From Candidatus Nanoarchaeia archaeon (GTDB lineage Archaea > Nanobdellota > Nanobdellia > Woesearchaeales > UBA525): a stretch of 64,000 nucleotides of DNA. The notes under the pieces are model-generated. The model made no database searches. It was not told the DNA's origin and worked only from the letters and a program-made list of their open reading frames with translations. The stretch spans positions 134,611 through 198,610 of the forward strand of contig JANQNB010000018.1 in assembly GCA_028279755.1 (NCBI GenBank), written 5' to 3'. The translations under genes were made by a program, and so were the position numbers. Below are positions 18,529-28,112 of this stretch, one piece after another (positions within the stretch are counted from its first letter, which is position 1; every line of letters begins with the position of its first letter).

Positions 18529-18600
18529 GCAGCCGTGGTGCAGTGGTTAACATTCAAGGTTCCCAACCTTGCGACCCGGGTTCGACTCCCGGCGGCTGCA
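18529..18600 (+). tRNA. tRNA-Gly(CCC)
   Basis: GCAGCCG/CGGCTGC-A acceptor; CAAGG-TTCCCAA-CCTTG; GGTTCGACTCC. Confidence 0.95.
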
Positions 18601-18628
18601 TGTTCAACAAAAACGTTTATAAATCCTG

Positions 18629-20395
18629 GTGTGGGTGAGTGTTGCTGTGGGTGTCGCTGACGATATGAAGAAGCTGGGCAAGAACCAGCTCGCTCTGCAT
18701 CAGAGCTTTGAATATCTCCAGAAGAAAGTGAAAGCGCTCGAACGACGCGTCGCCACGCTCGAAGGCCGCGAACCAGAGCCTGAGCCCGAGCCGGTCAAGA
18801 AGAAGGTCGAGCAGACAAGCGTGAAAGAAACGCACAAGCCGATCGAGAACCTCGGCTTCAAGATCTTCGGCGGGGTGGGCTTCGCCCTCATCCTCCTCGG
18901 CATCTTCTTCCTCTATAGATATGCGGTCGATCAGGGCTGGATCGGCATCCTTGGCAGGATTGTGCTCGGCATCGTGTTCAGCCTTGTCATTCTCGGCGCA
19001 GCCGAAGTCTTCCGCAAGAAGGAATACGTGAAATTCTCGCAATTGCTCACTGGCGGTGGGCTCGCTCTGCTCTACTTCACGTTCTACGCAACATACGCGT
19101 TCCGGGAGTATCGCGAAGCCTTAGGTATGACACAGACCATGAACTTTGTCCTGCTCCTCGTCGTGATGGTCGTCGCTGTCGTCCTGGCATTGCGACAGGA
19201 CTCGATGCTGCTCACGTGCTTTGCCTTCCTGATGGGGTATCTTTCACCGATTCTCATCGGCATCATCGCACAGTCAGGAAACTATCACGTGCTGCTCATC
19301 GCAACACTCATCCTGTCTGTCGGCATGGCAGTCATCCTCTGGAAGAAGAACTGGCCGCTCGGCTCCTTCCCCGTCGTGATCTCATACCTCATCTACGCAT
19401 TCTTCTTTGCTGAAGAACGGGTCCTGCGATACACGCAAGATGGGACTGCGCCTGACGTCGTGGGCCCGGCTTTTGTCTATCTCCTCCTGTTCTGGCTCCT
19501 CTTCAGCGTGCTCAGTCTAGTGCTCAAGGATGACAAGAACCACATCCAGAACATTCTCATTTCCGTGGGCAACGCCTTTGCCTTCTTCGGTTTCGGGCTC
19601 GCCATGGTCTGGGAGTACTTGCATTCCTGGCGCGGCCTGTTCGTCATCCTCATCGCCGCAGCTTATCTGTTCATGGCAGGCCTTGCCAAACGGCGAGAGC
19701 TCAAGAACCTGTTCGAAACCTTGTTCGTGCTCGCGATCACCTTCCTCACGATCACCATCCCTGTGCAACTGCAAGGCGCGTGGATCACCGCGGCGTGGGC
19801 GCTCGAGGGCGTGCTCCTGCTCAAGGCCAGCGCCAAGCTCAAGCATAACGGGCTCGCGATCCTCGGCTATCTCGTGCTGGGCATCGGCACCTTGCGTCTC
19901 CTGTTCTGGGACACGTGGCAGCTCGATTATGGCTGGCGCACCTTCTCCTTCCTTGTGGTGATCGCTGCGCTGGCAGGCGGCGCGTACGTGCTGTCCAGAT
20001 CAGAGATCGCAGGCAAGGACGAGATGAAAGGCGTGCTCGGCGTCGGCGCAGCCCTTGTGCTGACCGTCATGCTCGGCGTGGAGATTCTCGACAGGAACGG
20101 CATGTTCACCAACTGGACGTCGAACGCGCGCCAGGTGCTCTGCTCGATCGCGTGGGCAGTCGAAGCGATCATCCTCATCATCGCCGGCTTCCTCAACAGA
20201 GCGACCGCGTTCAGGATCACCGGCCTCTTGCTCTTCGGCCTGGTCCTTGTCAAGATCCTCATCTTCGACCTGGGAGCGCTCAACGACATCTCACGCACCA
20301 TCGTCACGATCATCGTCGGGATCATCGCCTTGGTCGGGGCCTTTGTCTATGTGAAGAACAAGGAGAAGATCAAGGCCTTCCTGGAAGAGGGATAG
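18629..20395 (+). CDS. DUF2339-type predicted polytopic membrane protein (start uncertain)
   Basis: E-x-x-G...IGG...FLYRYAVDQGWI...RIVLG, GGGLALLY, C-terminal KILIFDL; many TM helices. Confidence 0.8.
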   Translation: MWVSVAVGVADDMKKLGKNQLALHQSFEYLQKKVKALERRVATLEGREPEPEPEPVKKKVEQTSVKETHKPIENLGFKIFGGVGFALILLGIFFLYRYAVDQGWIGILGRIVLGIVFSLVILGAAEVFRKKEYVKFSQLLTGGGLALLYFTFYATYAFREYREALGMTQTMNFVLLLVVMVVAVVLALRQDSMLLTCFAFLMGYLSPILIGIIAQSGNYHVLLIATLILSVGMAVILWKKNWPLGSFPVVISYLIYAFFFAEERVLRYTQDGTAPDVVGPAFVYLLLFWLLFSVLSLVLKDDKNHIQNILISVGNAFAFFGFGLAMVWEYLHSWRGLFVILIAAAYLFMAGLAKRRELKNLFETLFVLAITFLTITIPVQLQGAWITAAWALEGVLLLKASAKLKHNGLAILGYLVLGIGTLRLLFWDTWQLDYGWRTFSFLVVIAALAGGAYVLSRSEIAGKDEMKGVLGVGAALVLTVMLGVEILDRNGMFTNWTSNARQVLCSIAWAVEAIILIIAGFLNRATAFRITGLLLFGLVLVKILIFDLGALNDISRTIVTIIVGIIALVGAFVYVKNKEKIKAFLEEG

Positions 20396-20396
20396 C

Positions 20397-20735
20397 GTGG
20401 ACATTCCTGAGATCAAGCCCTTAAGTGATGATGCTCCAAGCTCCACAGCTGCCACTACACCGTCGGATACTCCCTTCTTCTCGTTCTCCAGAAAACAGAA
20501 CTATTACACAACAGGAGGGCGTGTTGCTGGCGACTTAGCAGTCGGCGCGTTCGCACCCCTTGCTGCGTACTTCGTACTCTTGATATTCGGATTCCTTGTC
20601 ATCCCGGCACAGTTGATCGCGATCATCCTCTGCTTTGTGTTCCGACGACACTGGCTGGCAGTCGGACTGCTCCTCAACTTTGGCGTGTTGCTCTTGATAA
20701 TAATACTATACATCTCACTGTTCGGACTGTTTTAG
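20397..20735 (+). CDS. Small hypothetical membrane protein
   Basis: In-operon ORF with 2-3 hydrophobic segments. Confidence 0.6.
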   Translation: MDIPEIKPLSDDAPSSTAATTPSDTPFFSFSRKQNYYTTGGRVAGDLAVGAFAPLAAYFVLLIFGFLVIPAQLIAIILCFVFRRHWLAVGLLLNFGVLLLIIILYISLFGLF

Positions 20736-20746
20736 GTGGTGATACG

Positions 20747-22381
20747 ATGAAACGATTACTCTGGTGCCTCGCACTCCTGCTGTGCCCGCTTGTCGTGAGT
20801 GCGGCATTCGACAGCAGCTCGTGGCAATACATGCAAGAGATCAGCGTCGATGCTGACGAACCGGTGAAGCTCGTCCTCGATCCGAGCCTGCTGGCCAATG
20901 CGCAGCTCGACGGGCACGACCTCCGCGTGACAGAAGACGCGGTCGAGATCCCGTACAAGCTCTCGTTGGAAGGCAGTGCAGAACAGCAACGAACCATTGC
21001 GAGCATGACTGCCTCGTCGACGCGGCCGGACTTCCGTTCAGTCTCGTATGCGCCGGTCAATATGATCGATGGTGACGCATCCAATAGCGAGGGCGCGTAT
21101 TTCCAGATCGACGGCACAGTCGATACGGAAGTCTCGTGGATCGTCGCAGACCTCAGCTCTTCTGTGTTGAGTACAAAAGCCCGGTTCACGCTTGGGAGCG
21201 CGCGCTTTACGCATGTCCAAGTCCAAGGCAGCAACGACCTCGCGTCGTGGACCTTGCTGAAGCAGAAGACGAAAAGCGGCAGCCAGGTGAGCTACGCGCC
21301 GAGCAGCTTCCGCTACGTTCGCTTCACGCTCTGGCACAAGGGCGATCTCGTGATCAACGAGCTGACGATGTATGGCGAGAGCAGCGGCTGGCTCCTGTTC
21401 AACGCGCAGACCGGCAAGACCTACATGATCTATTACGGCAATGCGCAAGCAGGCGTGCCTGACTATGATCTTGAAGGATTGTATACTGTCGCGACCACGC
21501 CCTTCGTGTACACGCTCGGCGAGTGGGTGAACCCGTTGTTTGTCGGCGACGCTGATGAAGACGGCGTCGGCGTGGGCGACAATTGTCCGTCAGTCGCCAA
21601 TCCTTCGCAGCTTGACAGCGATAATGATGATCTTGGCGATGACTGCGACAATTGCCCTGGCGTGAGCAACCCTGGCCAAGGGGACCGTGATCACGACGGT
21701 GTGGGCGATGCGTGCGACAACTGCGCAGCGATGTACAATCCCAACCAGTATGACGACAACTTCAATGATATCGGCTGGGTATGCGACGACGAGGATCGCG
21801 ATGGCGTGGTGAACAGCGAAGACAATTGCGTGCCTGGCGCAAACCGTGATCAGCAGGACGTCGACCGTGACGGGGTTGGCGATGCGTGCGAGGACGACGA
21901 CGGCGACGGGGCTGCAAACTATATGGATAATTGCCCAGAGCTTGCGAACGCTGACCAGGCTGACAGCGAAACAGAGAATGGCAGGCTGGTTGGCGATGGT
22001 GTTGGCGATGCGTGCGACAATTGCGTGAACGTCAGGAATGCGGATCAGCGCGATACTGATGAAGATGGTGTCGGAGATGCCTGCGAGGACGACGACCAGG
22101 ACGACGTGCGCAATGATGCTGATAACTGCCGGCTTGTCGCGAATGCTGACCAGGTCGACTGGGACAGCGACGGCTTGGGCGATGCCTGCGACAATTGCCC
22201 GGAACATAAGAACCCGAATCAGCGCGATGTCGACAGCGACGGGCTTGGCGATGCCTGCGACGAGACTGAGAGCAGGCTGCTCGAGCAGAAGTGGATCGTC
22301 TGGAGCATCATCATCCTCGCGATACTCGTGCTCGGCTTCTTCGCCTACCGGATGTACCAGACGCCGGGAGGGAAGGAATGA
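20747..22381 (+). CDS. Secreted, membrane-anchored protein with a discoidin-like domain and thrombospondin type-3 Ca-binding repeats
   Basis: Signal peptide; many DNCP..NPxQxDxDxDGxGDACD repeats; C-terminal TM anchor. Confidence 0.9.
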   Translation: MKRLLWCLALLLCPLVVSAAFDSSSWQYMQEISVDADEPVKLVLDPSLLANAQLDGHDLRVTEDAVEIPYKLSLEGSAEQQRTIASMTASSTRPDFRSVSYAPVNMIDGDASNSEGAYFQIDGTVDTEVSWIVADLSSSVLSTKARFTLGSARFTHVQVQGSNDLASWTLLKQKTKSGSQVSYAPSSFRYVRFTLWHKGDLVINELTMYGESSGWLLFNAQTGKTYMIYYGNAQAGVPDYDLEGLYTVATTPFVYTLGEWVNPLFVGDADEDGVGVGDNCPSVANPSQLDSDNDDLGDDCDNCPGVSNPGQGDRDHDGVGDACDNCAAMYNPNQYDDNFNDIGWVCDDEDRDGVVNSEDNCVPGANRDQQDVDRDGVGDACEDDDGDGAANYMDNCPELANADQADSETENGRLVGDGVGDACDNCVNVRNADQRDTDEDGVGDACEDDDQDDVRNDADNCRLVANADQVDWDSDGLGDACDNCPEHKNPNQRDVDSDGLGDACDETESRLLEQKWIVWSIIILAILVLGFFAYRMYQTPGGKE

Positions 22382-23076
22382 AACGCTTTTTCTTCTTGTT
22401 GGTGATCGTCCTCTTGCTCGCAGGCTGTTCGTGGGACGATTTTGCGAGTGGCGGTGCGAAGAAGACGCCACGAGTTGATCGGTCGCAAGTGGTCGAGACC
22501 ATGATCACCTGCACTGATCCTGACGGCCTCGACCCATTCGTGAAAGGTGTGACCAAAGGCGCGAGCACCCCTGTCAGCCAGGACGCGGTGAGCGCGACTG
22601 ATCGATGCATGGTCGAGCGGGAATACCCAAGCCATGTCATGGAGTATCACTGCGAGGGCTCTCTGATCAAGTTCAAGATCATCGAATGCGAACATGGCTG
22701 CGAGGATGGCGCCTGTATTCAGGAAGAAGCCGTTCCAGCACCCCAACAAGTGCCGTCGCAAGAAGTCCTCCAACTGGCCTTTCCAGTGTTGGTGAATGGC
22801 CAATACCCGCCGCCGAGCTTGGCACGTGGCGAGGAATTCACCGTGTCCTGGGATGCTGCAGGGCTTCGCGACTGCGCAGGCAGCGGGAATTACATCATGC
22901 TCCCTGATGACACGCTCTGGACAGACCAGAGCAACCTGCCAAGCACTGGCAGCATGCGCTTGACTGCACGCCACAAGAACCTGCCCAACACGCCGTCCCT
23001 GCAGCTCATGGTCCGCTGCTTCGACGACACGGGGAATTCGTACCCTGTCTCAGTCATCATTCCTGTGACAGACTAG
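22378..23076 (+). CDS. Lipoprotein-like secreted Cys-rich protein
   Basis: [17 protein letters not shown] lipobox-like motif; CTDPDG...DRC...EYHC...[10 protein letters not shown] module. Confidence 0.7.
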   Translation: MKRFFFLLVIVLLLAGCSWDDFASGGAKKTPRVDRSQVVETMITCTDPDGLDPFVKGVTKGASTPVSQDAVSATDRCMVEREYPSHVMEYHCEGSLIKFKIIECEHGCEDGACIQEEAVPAPQQVPSQEVLQLAFPVLVNGQYPPPSLARGEEFTVSWDAAGLRDCAGSGNYIMLPDDTLWTDQSNLPSTGSMRLTARHKNLPNTPSLQLMVRCFDDTGNSYPVSVIIPVTD

Positions 23077-23171
23077 TTATTTTTTCTATATGGAAGATAA
23101 ATAACTTCCTTTCTATTTCTACTCTGTAGTGGTATCAAAACGAAACATTTATATATCTGTACTACCATACA

Positions 23172-23282
23172 GTAGTCAGGGGGTTTGGGAGCTGGTCTTG
23201 ATCTCTACGATCATACGCTTCTACCACCTCACCTCACCACCCTTCGAGCGTTCCACGCTCCTGGCCCCCCACTTCTTTTTTA
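23172..23282 (+). ncRNA. Candidate ~105-nt small RNA
   Basis: TTTATATA about 20 bp upstream; closing stem GGGGG-TTT-GGGAGC with GCTCC-TGG-CCCCC; ends in a T-tract; internal CACCTC repeats. Confidence 0.3.
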
Positions 23283-23371
23283 TTCTCGGAAATCCTACGT
23301 GTTCTCATCTTCATCACTTATAAGTAGATACAAACGAAAGCTTTTTATAGGATGAATGCCTTAGAGAATGA

Positions 23372-23695
23372 ATGGTACTCAGTACGACGCCAGTGGAGCA
23401 GGAGAAGGAACACCGTTCTTTCAGCGCACAGATAGCGCAAGCGGAAATCCTTGCTGCCAATAACAAATCCATAACTGAGTATTTCCCTTCAGATTCTCCG
23501 TTCTACACCGCAACACCCGCTTCTGGAACACCAGTCACAACGAGTACTCCTGTGCAGAGCACATATTTTACGAACACAACGAGTGATGTTAAGGATCCGA
23601 GACGGCAACCTGCAGAACTCGCTCCAATAGCACTTGTCGCTGCAGCATATCAAGAACGCACCCCCCAGAATTATGGCGCGTGCTGCCGCCGTTAG
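23372..23695 (+). CDS. Hypothetical S/T/P-rich protein
   Basis: 107-aa ORF after a TATA-like element; no motif. Confidence 0.4.
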   Translation: MVLSTTPVEQEKEHRSFSAQIAQAEILAANNKSITEYFPSDSPFYTATPASGTPVTTSTPVQSTYFTNTTSDVKDPRRQPAELAPIALVAAAYQERTPQNYGACCRR

Positions 23696-25077
23696 AACTT
23701 CATCTTCTTGCGGGACATGCGTCCGCCCATCTGACCCTTCTGGATCTTCTGCATCATTTTTTCCATTCCCTTCTCAGACTGCGCGCCCTTGAACATCTTC
23801 ACCATCTTCTTGCTCTGCTTGTACTGCTTGAGCAAGCCGCGCAATTCCTGGATGGACTGGCCGCTGCCTTTGGCAATGCGCTCTAAGCGGCCGCCGGAAA
23901 CAGTGCTCGGATCCTCTAGTTCTTCCTTGGTCATGGAATCCATGAGGAAACGCCACTTCTTCAGCTTGTCTTCCTGCACATCGAGCATCTCTTTCGGGAT
24001 GTCCATCTGGCCCATGCCAGGGATCATCTTCATCACCTTATTCAAGGGCCCCATCTTCTTCATCGCAGCCATCTGCTCATAGAGGTCCAGCAGGTTGAAC
24101 TCGCCTTTCAGGAACTTTTTACCTAAATCTTCAGCACGATCCTCGTCGATCGCATCCTTCGCTTTCTCGAGGAGCGCTTCAAGATCGCCCAGTCCCAATA
24201 AGCGGCCGACAAAGCCCTGCGGCTTGAACTCTTCGAACTCCTCGACCTTCTCGCCGGTGCCGATGAAACGCACTGGTGCGTCAGTGACTGCGCATGCTGT
24301 CAACGCGCCACCGCCTTTCGCAGTGCCGTCGAGCTTGGTGATGATCACGCCCGAAACCTTGACAGTGTCGTGGAACGCCTGCGCTTGCTTCTGCGCCGCT
24401 TGCCCGACATCGGCAGCCATCACGAGCAATGCCTCGTCGGGTTTGACGAGCGTGTTGATGCCATTGAGTTCCTTGATCAGGTCGTCGCTCAACGCGTCAC
24501 GGCCAGCAGTGTCGACAATGATCAGGTCGTATTGCTTGAGCTCTGGCTGGACCTTTTTCCAGATCTTCTCAGGATCCTTCTCGCCCTTGATGCCATACAC
24601 CGGGACGCCGACCTGTTTGCCGAGCTGCACGAGCTGGTCGTACGCAGCTGGTCGCCAGGTATCGGTCTGGATCAACGCGACTTTCAGCCCGCGCTTCTTG
24701 TAGTAGAGTCCGAGCTTGCCCGCAGTCGTCGTCTTTCCATTGCCGAACAGGCCGACCAGCATGATCGTGAACGGCTTCTTCTTCGTCTCTGTTGTGAACT
24801 GTTCAGCCTCGCCGCCTAAGAATTTCACGAGTTCCTCATACACGATGTTGACGATGAACTCCTTCTTCTGTAACGCAGAGGGCGCTTTTTCCGACAGCGC
24901 GCGCTCCTTGATCTGATTGCTGACTTCGAAGACGAGCTTGACATTCACGTCTGCCTGCAACAACGAGCGCTGTATCTCTTTCACGAGCTCGTTGATGGCT
25001 TTCTCATCGATGAAGGCTTTGCCTGTCAGGGTGCGCAGGCTGGCTTTCAAGGCATCTCCTAGTTTGTCGAGGACCAT
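23692..25077 (-). CDS. srp54: Signal recognition particle protein SRP54
   Basis: LLQADVNVKLV, GLFGNGKTTT, DTWRPAA, DTAGR, TKLDGTAKGGGAL, Met-rich M domain. Confidence 0.97.
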   Translation of the reverse strand: MVLDKLGDALKASLRTLTGKAFIDEKAINELVKEIQRSLLQADVNVKLVFEVSNQIKERALSEKAPSALQKKEFIVNIVYEELVKFLGGEAEQFTTETKKKPFTIMLVGLFGNGKTTTAGKLGLYYKKRGLKVALIQTDTWRPAAYDQLVQLGKQVGVPVYGIKGEKDPEKIWKKVQPELKQYDLIIVDTAGRDALSDDLIKELNGINTLVKPDEALLVMAADVGQAAQKQAQAFHDTVKVSGVIITKLDGTAKGGGALTACAVTDAPVRFIGTGEKVEEFEEFKPQGFVGRLLGLGDLEALLEKAKDAIDEDRAEDLGKKFLKGEFNLLDLYEQMAAMKKMGPLNKVMKMIPGMGQMDIPKEMLDVQEDKLKKWRFLMDSMTKEELEDPSTVSGGRLERIAKGSGQSIQELRGLLKQYKQSKKMVKMFKGAQSEKGMEKMMQKIQKGQMGGRMSRKKMKF

Positions 25078-25128
25078 TGGACGGAGAGAACCAAGAACGA
25101 TTTATAAAGGTAGAGGAGAACAAGGGCG

Positions 25129-25176
25129 ATGCACCCGCCGATGTCCTCAACCCTGTTTCGGGACCGGCGAGTGCTA
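25129..25176 (-). repeat. tRNA 3' trailer: inverted then direct copy of the tRNA 3' end
   Basis: Minus strand: CCGGCGGGTGCA-TA-GCACTCGCCGG-TCCCGAAACAGGGTTGAGGACAT-CGGCGGGTGCAT. Confidence 0.85.
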
Positions 25177-25292
25177 TGCACCCGCCGGGACTCGAACCCG
25201 GGTAGCCGGCTGTCTTCGCCGCAGGCGGAGGCCCAGCGGGACCTCGTTCCGCGCGTGGAAGGCCGGAATCATAGCCACTAGATCACAGGTGC
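25177..25292 (-). tRNA. tRNA-Gly(TCC) with 44-nt intron at 37/38 (25212..25255)
   Basis: GCACCTG/CGGGTGC-A acceptor; CCGGC/GCCGG anticodon stem; BHB with CTTC/GAAG helix; GGTTCGAGTCC. Confidence 0.92.
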
Positions 25293-25348
25293 GTTGCCTG
25301 GTGAGGACCGGACAAGCTTTTTAAACATACCGTTCTCTACACCTGTTC

Positions 25349-26005
25349 ATGGCCACGATAGTCATTTTCGCAGCGCATAACGATGACCACGCGCTCGCAA
25401 TGGGCGCCACGATCGCAAAGCACTACAAGGAGAAGGACAAGGTCCACACCTTTATCGGCTCGTTCGGCGAATTAAGCCATCCGCATTTCAAGCCAGAAGT
25501 GATCAGGAAGACCCGCGTGAAGGAAGCGCAAAGAGCCGACCGCGCCTATGGCGGTAAGGGACACGTGCAATTCCTGGGGCTCAAGGAATTCTCGTTCGAA
25601 GAGGAATTCAAGCGGAAAAAGCTGGACACGCAGCTCGTGAAGAAGATCAGGAAACTCAAGCCCACGAAGATCTACATCCCGGGAGAGAACGAACTGCACC
25701 CTGACCATCGCGCGATCGCAAAGCTCGTCCTGAAAGCGCTGGACAAGGCAAAGCTGAAATATGAAGTGTACGCCTATTATACCTATCCGAACCTGCACCA
25801 CCCGAAGAAAGCGAAGATGGTTGTGGATGTGAGCGGCTTCTACCGCAAGAAAGTGGACGGCATCAACGCGTTCAAGAGCCAGATCCACATCTTCACCCAC
25901 GCGTTCGGGAACAACATCCTCTACGTGTACCAATTGAGCAGGAACTGGCTCCAAGGCTTCCTGCGCGGCACGCGCTTTGTGGAAACCTTTTACAAACTGA
26001 GGTAA
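25349..26005 (+). CDS. PIG-L/LmbE family deacetylase
   Basis: AAHNDDH, RVKEA, HPDH, AFKSQ. Confidence 0.88.
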   Translation: MATIVIFAAHNDDHALAMGATIAKHYKEKDKVHTFIGSFGELSHPHFKPEVIRKTRVKEAQRADRAYGGKGHVQFLGLKEFSFEEEFKRKKLDTQLVKKIRKLKPTKIYIPGENELHPDHRAIAKLVLKALDKAKLKYEVYAYYTYPNLHHPKKAKMVVDVSGFYRKKVDGINAFKSQIHIFTHAFGNNILYVYQLSRNWLQGFLRGTRFVETFYKLR

Positions 26006-26009
26006 GCTG

Positions 26010-27170
26010 ATGGCTGAAAAACAAAAACCCCGGCTTGTCATCGCGACCGACAACTACCTGCCGCGCTGGGACGGGATCGCACGCTTCCTGGCAGAGCTCA
26101 TCCCGCGACTGCTCGACGAGTACGACGTCACAGTCATCAGCCCTGACTACGGCGTGACCGATCTTGACATCAAGACCCGGCGCATCCTCATACCGACGCG
26201 GGACAAGAAATACGGCGACTATAACCCGGCGCAATGGCAACCAGAACCCATCATGAAAGCCATCGCCGACGCAGACCTTGTCTTCACGCAAACCATCGGC
26301 CCGATCGGCTACCTCGCGCATCGTTACGCGCGCAAGCTGAAAAAGCCAGTGGCGAGCTTCATCCATAGCATCGAGTGGGAGCTTGTGCCCAAAGCATTGG
26401 AGCATCGCTTCCTCAAGCGCTTCGCCTCCCCACTGACCAAACTGTTCACCCGCTTCCTCTACAACCGCGCCAGCTTGTTGATCGTGCCGTCAAAGAATAT
26501 CGCAGAATTGCTGACCTGGCAGCACATCGAGACCAAGAAGACAGTCGTGTATCTTGGCGTCGACACCAAGCGCTTCATCAAAGGGAACAAGCAGGAAGCG
26601 AGAAAGCATTTGCGCATCCCCAAGGACGCGCTGGTCGTCGGCTTCCACGGCCGCATCGGCTACGAAAAGAATCTGCTGACGCTCAGCAGGGCATACCTGC
26701 GCCTTGGCGCCAAGAACAAGCGACTGCTCATCGTCGGCGAGGGCGTTGACGAGCTGCGGCAACGGCTGAAGAAGATCAAGGGCAGCATCATGCCTGGGAG
26801 CACGAACGAGATCATCCCCTACCTGCAGGCCATGGACATCTATGTCATGCCCAGCTTTACAGAAACAACCTCGCTTGCTGTACTCGAAGCCATGAGCTGC
26901 GAACTCCCGGTTGTTTCGAGCCCGGTCGGCTTCATCCAGCAGTACATCAAGCATGGCCAGAACGGCTTTTTCTATGAGACCAAGAACGCGTTCGACCTGA
27001 GCCGGAAGCTTGAACTCTTGGCCCAGGACGAGATGCTGCGCAGCAGGATCGGCCGGGCAGCCCGGAAGACCGTCAGGGAGAAATTCGACTGGGACCGCAC
27101 GGCTGAAGGTATAGCTAAGGCGCTGCGCTCGCTGCTGCCTCAGAAGAGCAGGACGACGAAGAAGACATAG
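26010..27170 (+). CDS. Glycosyltransferase family 4
   Basis: TDNYLP, GRIGYEKN, PSFTETTSLAVLEAMSC. Confidence 0.92.
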   Translation: MAEKQKPRLVIATDNYLPRWDGIARFLAELIPRLLDEYDVTVISPDYGVTDLDIKTRRILIPTRDKKYGDYNPAQWQPEPIMKAIADADLVFTQTIGPIGYLAHRYARKLKKPVASFIHSIEWELVPKALEHRFLKRFASPLTKLFTRFLYNRASLLIVPSKNIAELLTWQHIETKKTVVYLGVDTKRFIKGNKQEARKHLRIPKDALVVGFHGRIGYEKNLLTLSRAYLRLGAKNKRLLIVGEGVDELRQRLKKIKGSIMPGSTNEIIPYLQAMDIYVMPSFTETTSLAVLEAMSCELPVVSSPVGFIQQYIKHGQNGFFYETKNAFDLSRKLELLAQDEMLRSRIGRAARKTVREKFDWDRTAEGIAKALRSLLPQKSRTTKKT

Positions 27171-28075
27171 AGCATGAAGAGGAGCCAGCCCTCCCAACGC
27201 GTCACTGTTCTGTCTCGTGCTGTGACAAAATACATCATGAGTGTGGCGACGAGGAGCATGGGCAAGGCAAAGACCAGGATGGTGTAATCGACAGCAAGGG
27301 TGCCGAACAGGCCAGTGATACCCGTAACCCCAAAGATGTTGAACATATTGCTGCCGATGATGTTGCCGAACGCGAGCTCCTGCTTTTTCTTCAGCGCCGC
27401 GACGATCGTCACAAAGAGCTCTGGCAAGGAGGTGCCGACTGCGACAGCTGTCACAGCGATGATGCTGCTCGGCACGTGCGTGATGGTCGCGATATTGACC
27501 ACGCTCTTGATCACCCAGGTGGCGCCGAAATAGATCAGGGTTGCGCCGATGAGCAATGGCCAGAGGATCTTGTAGAACGTGGCTTTCTGCTGCTGCTTGC
27601 TCAGCTTGTGGATGCCCACCTTGTGCTTGTGATGGAGATAGTTCAGGTAGACGCCGTAGCCGAAGAGCATGAACACGGCTTCCATGAATGTGAACGTGCC
27701 GTCGAGGCACATAAGGATGAGCAAGAATGTTGCCGCGAAAAGAATGGGGAAGTCCACAGTGCGCATCTCCCACTTTGTCGAGAGCTTTCCTGCTATGATC
27801 GCGCCCAGCCCGAGCACGAGGAAGATGTTCGCGATGTTACTTCCGACGACATTGCCCAGCACGATTTCAGACTCCCCAGCAGCGACCGCGGCGATGCTTG
27901 ACGCGAGCTCTGGCAAGCTCGTGCCAACACTGACGACCGTGACGCCGATGATGAAGGGGCTGATTCCGAGCTTATGGCTGAGCTTTTCCGCAGCCTGCGT
28001 GAACCAGTCAGAGCCTTTGATCAGCACTGCCAGTGCGATGACAAAGACAAGAATCCACAGGAGGAGCATAGTCAA
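27140..28075 (-). CDS. Calcium/sodium antiporter (CaCA, YrbG-like)
   Basis: Two alpha repeats: GTSLPEL...GNVVGSN and GTSLPEL...GNIIGSN. Confidence 0.93.
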   Translation of the reverse strand: MTMLLLWILVFVIALAVLIKGSDWFTQAAEKLSHKLGISPFIIGVTVVSVGTSLPELASSIAAVAAGESEIVLGNVVGSNIANIFLVLGLGAIIAGKLSTKWEMRTVDFPILFAATFLLILMCLDGTFTFMEAVFMLFGYGVYLNYLHHKHKVGIHKLSKQQQKATFYKILWPLLIGATLIYFGATWVIKSVVNIATITHVPSSIIAVTAVAVGTSLPELFVTIVAALKKKQELAFGNIIGSNMFNIFGVTGITGLFGTLAVDYTILVFALPMLLVATLMMYFVTARDRTVTRWEGWLLFMLYVFFVVLLF

Positions 28076-28112
28076 TCAAGAGACGCCCAGGTTTATTAAG
28101 CTTCTGCCTCTT

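Noticed and set aside
21545-22265. Repeated GGCGATGC(G/C)TGCGA motifs resembling an array
   Set aside because: In-frame thrombospondin type-3 coding repeats with irregular spacing; not CRISPR. No CRISPR array or cas gene was seen in the window.
23230-23270. Minus-strand CAGG...GGAA hairpin near srp54 as possible SRP RNA
   Set aside because: It lacks the AGCA half of the helix-8 internal loop and the rest of the SRP fold.
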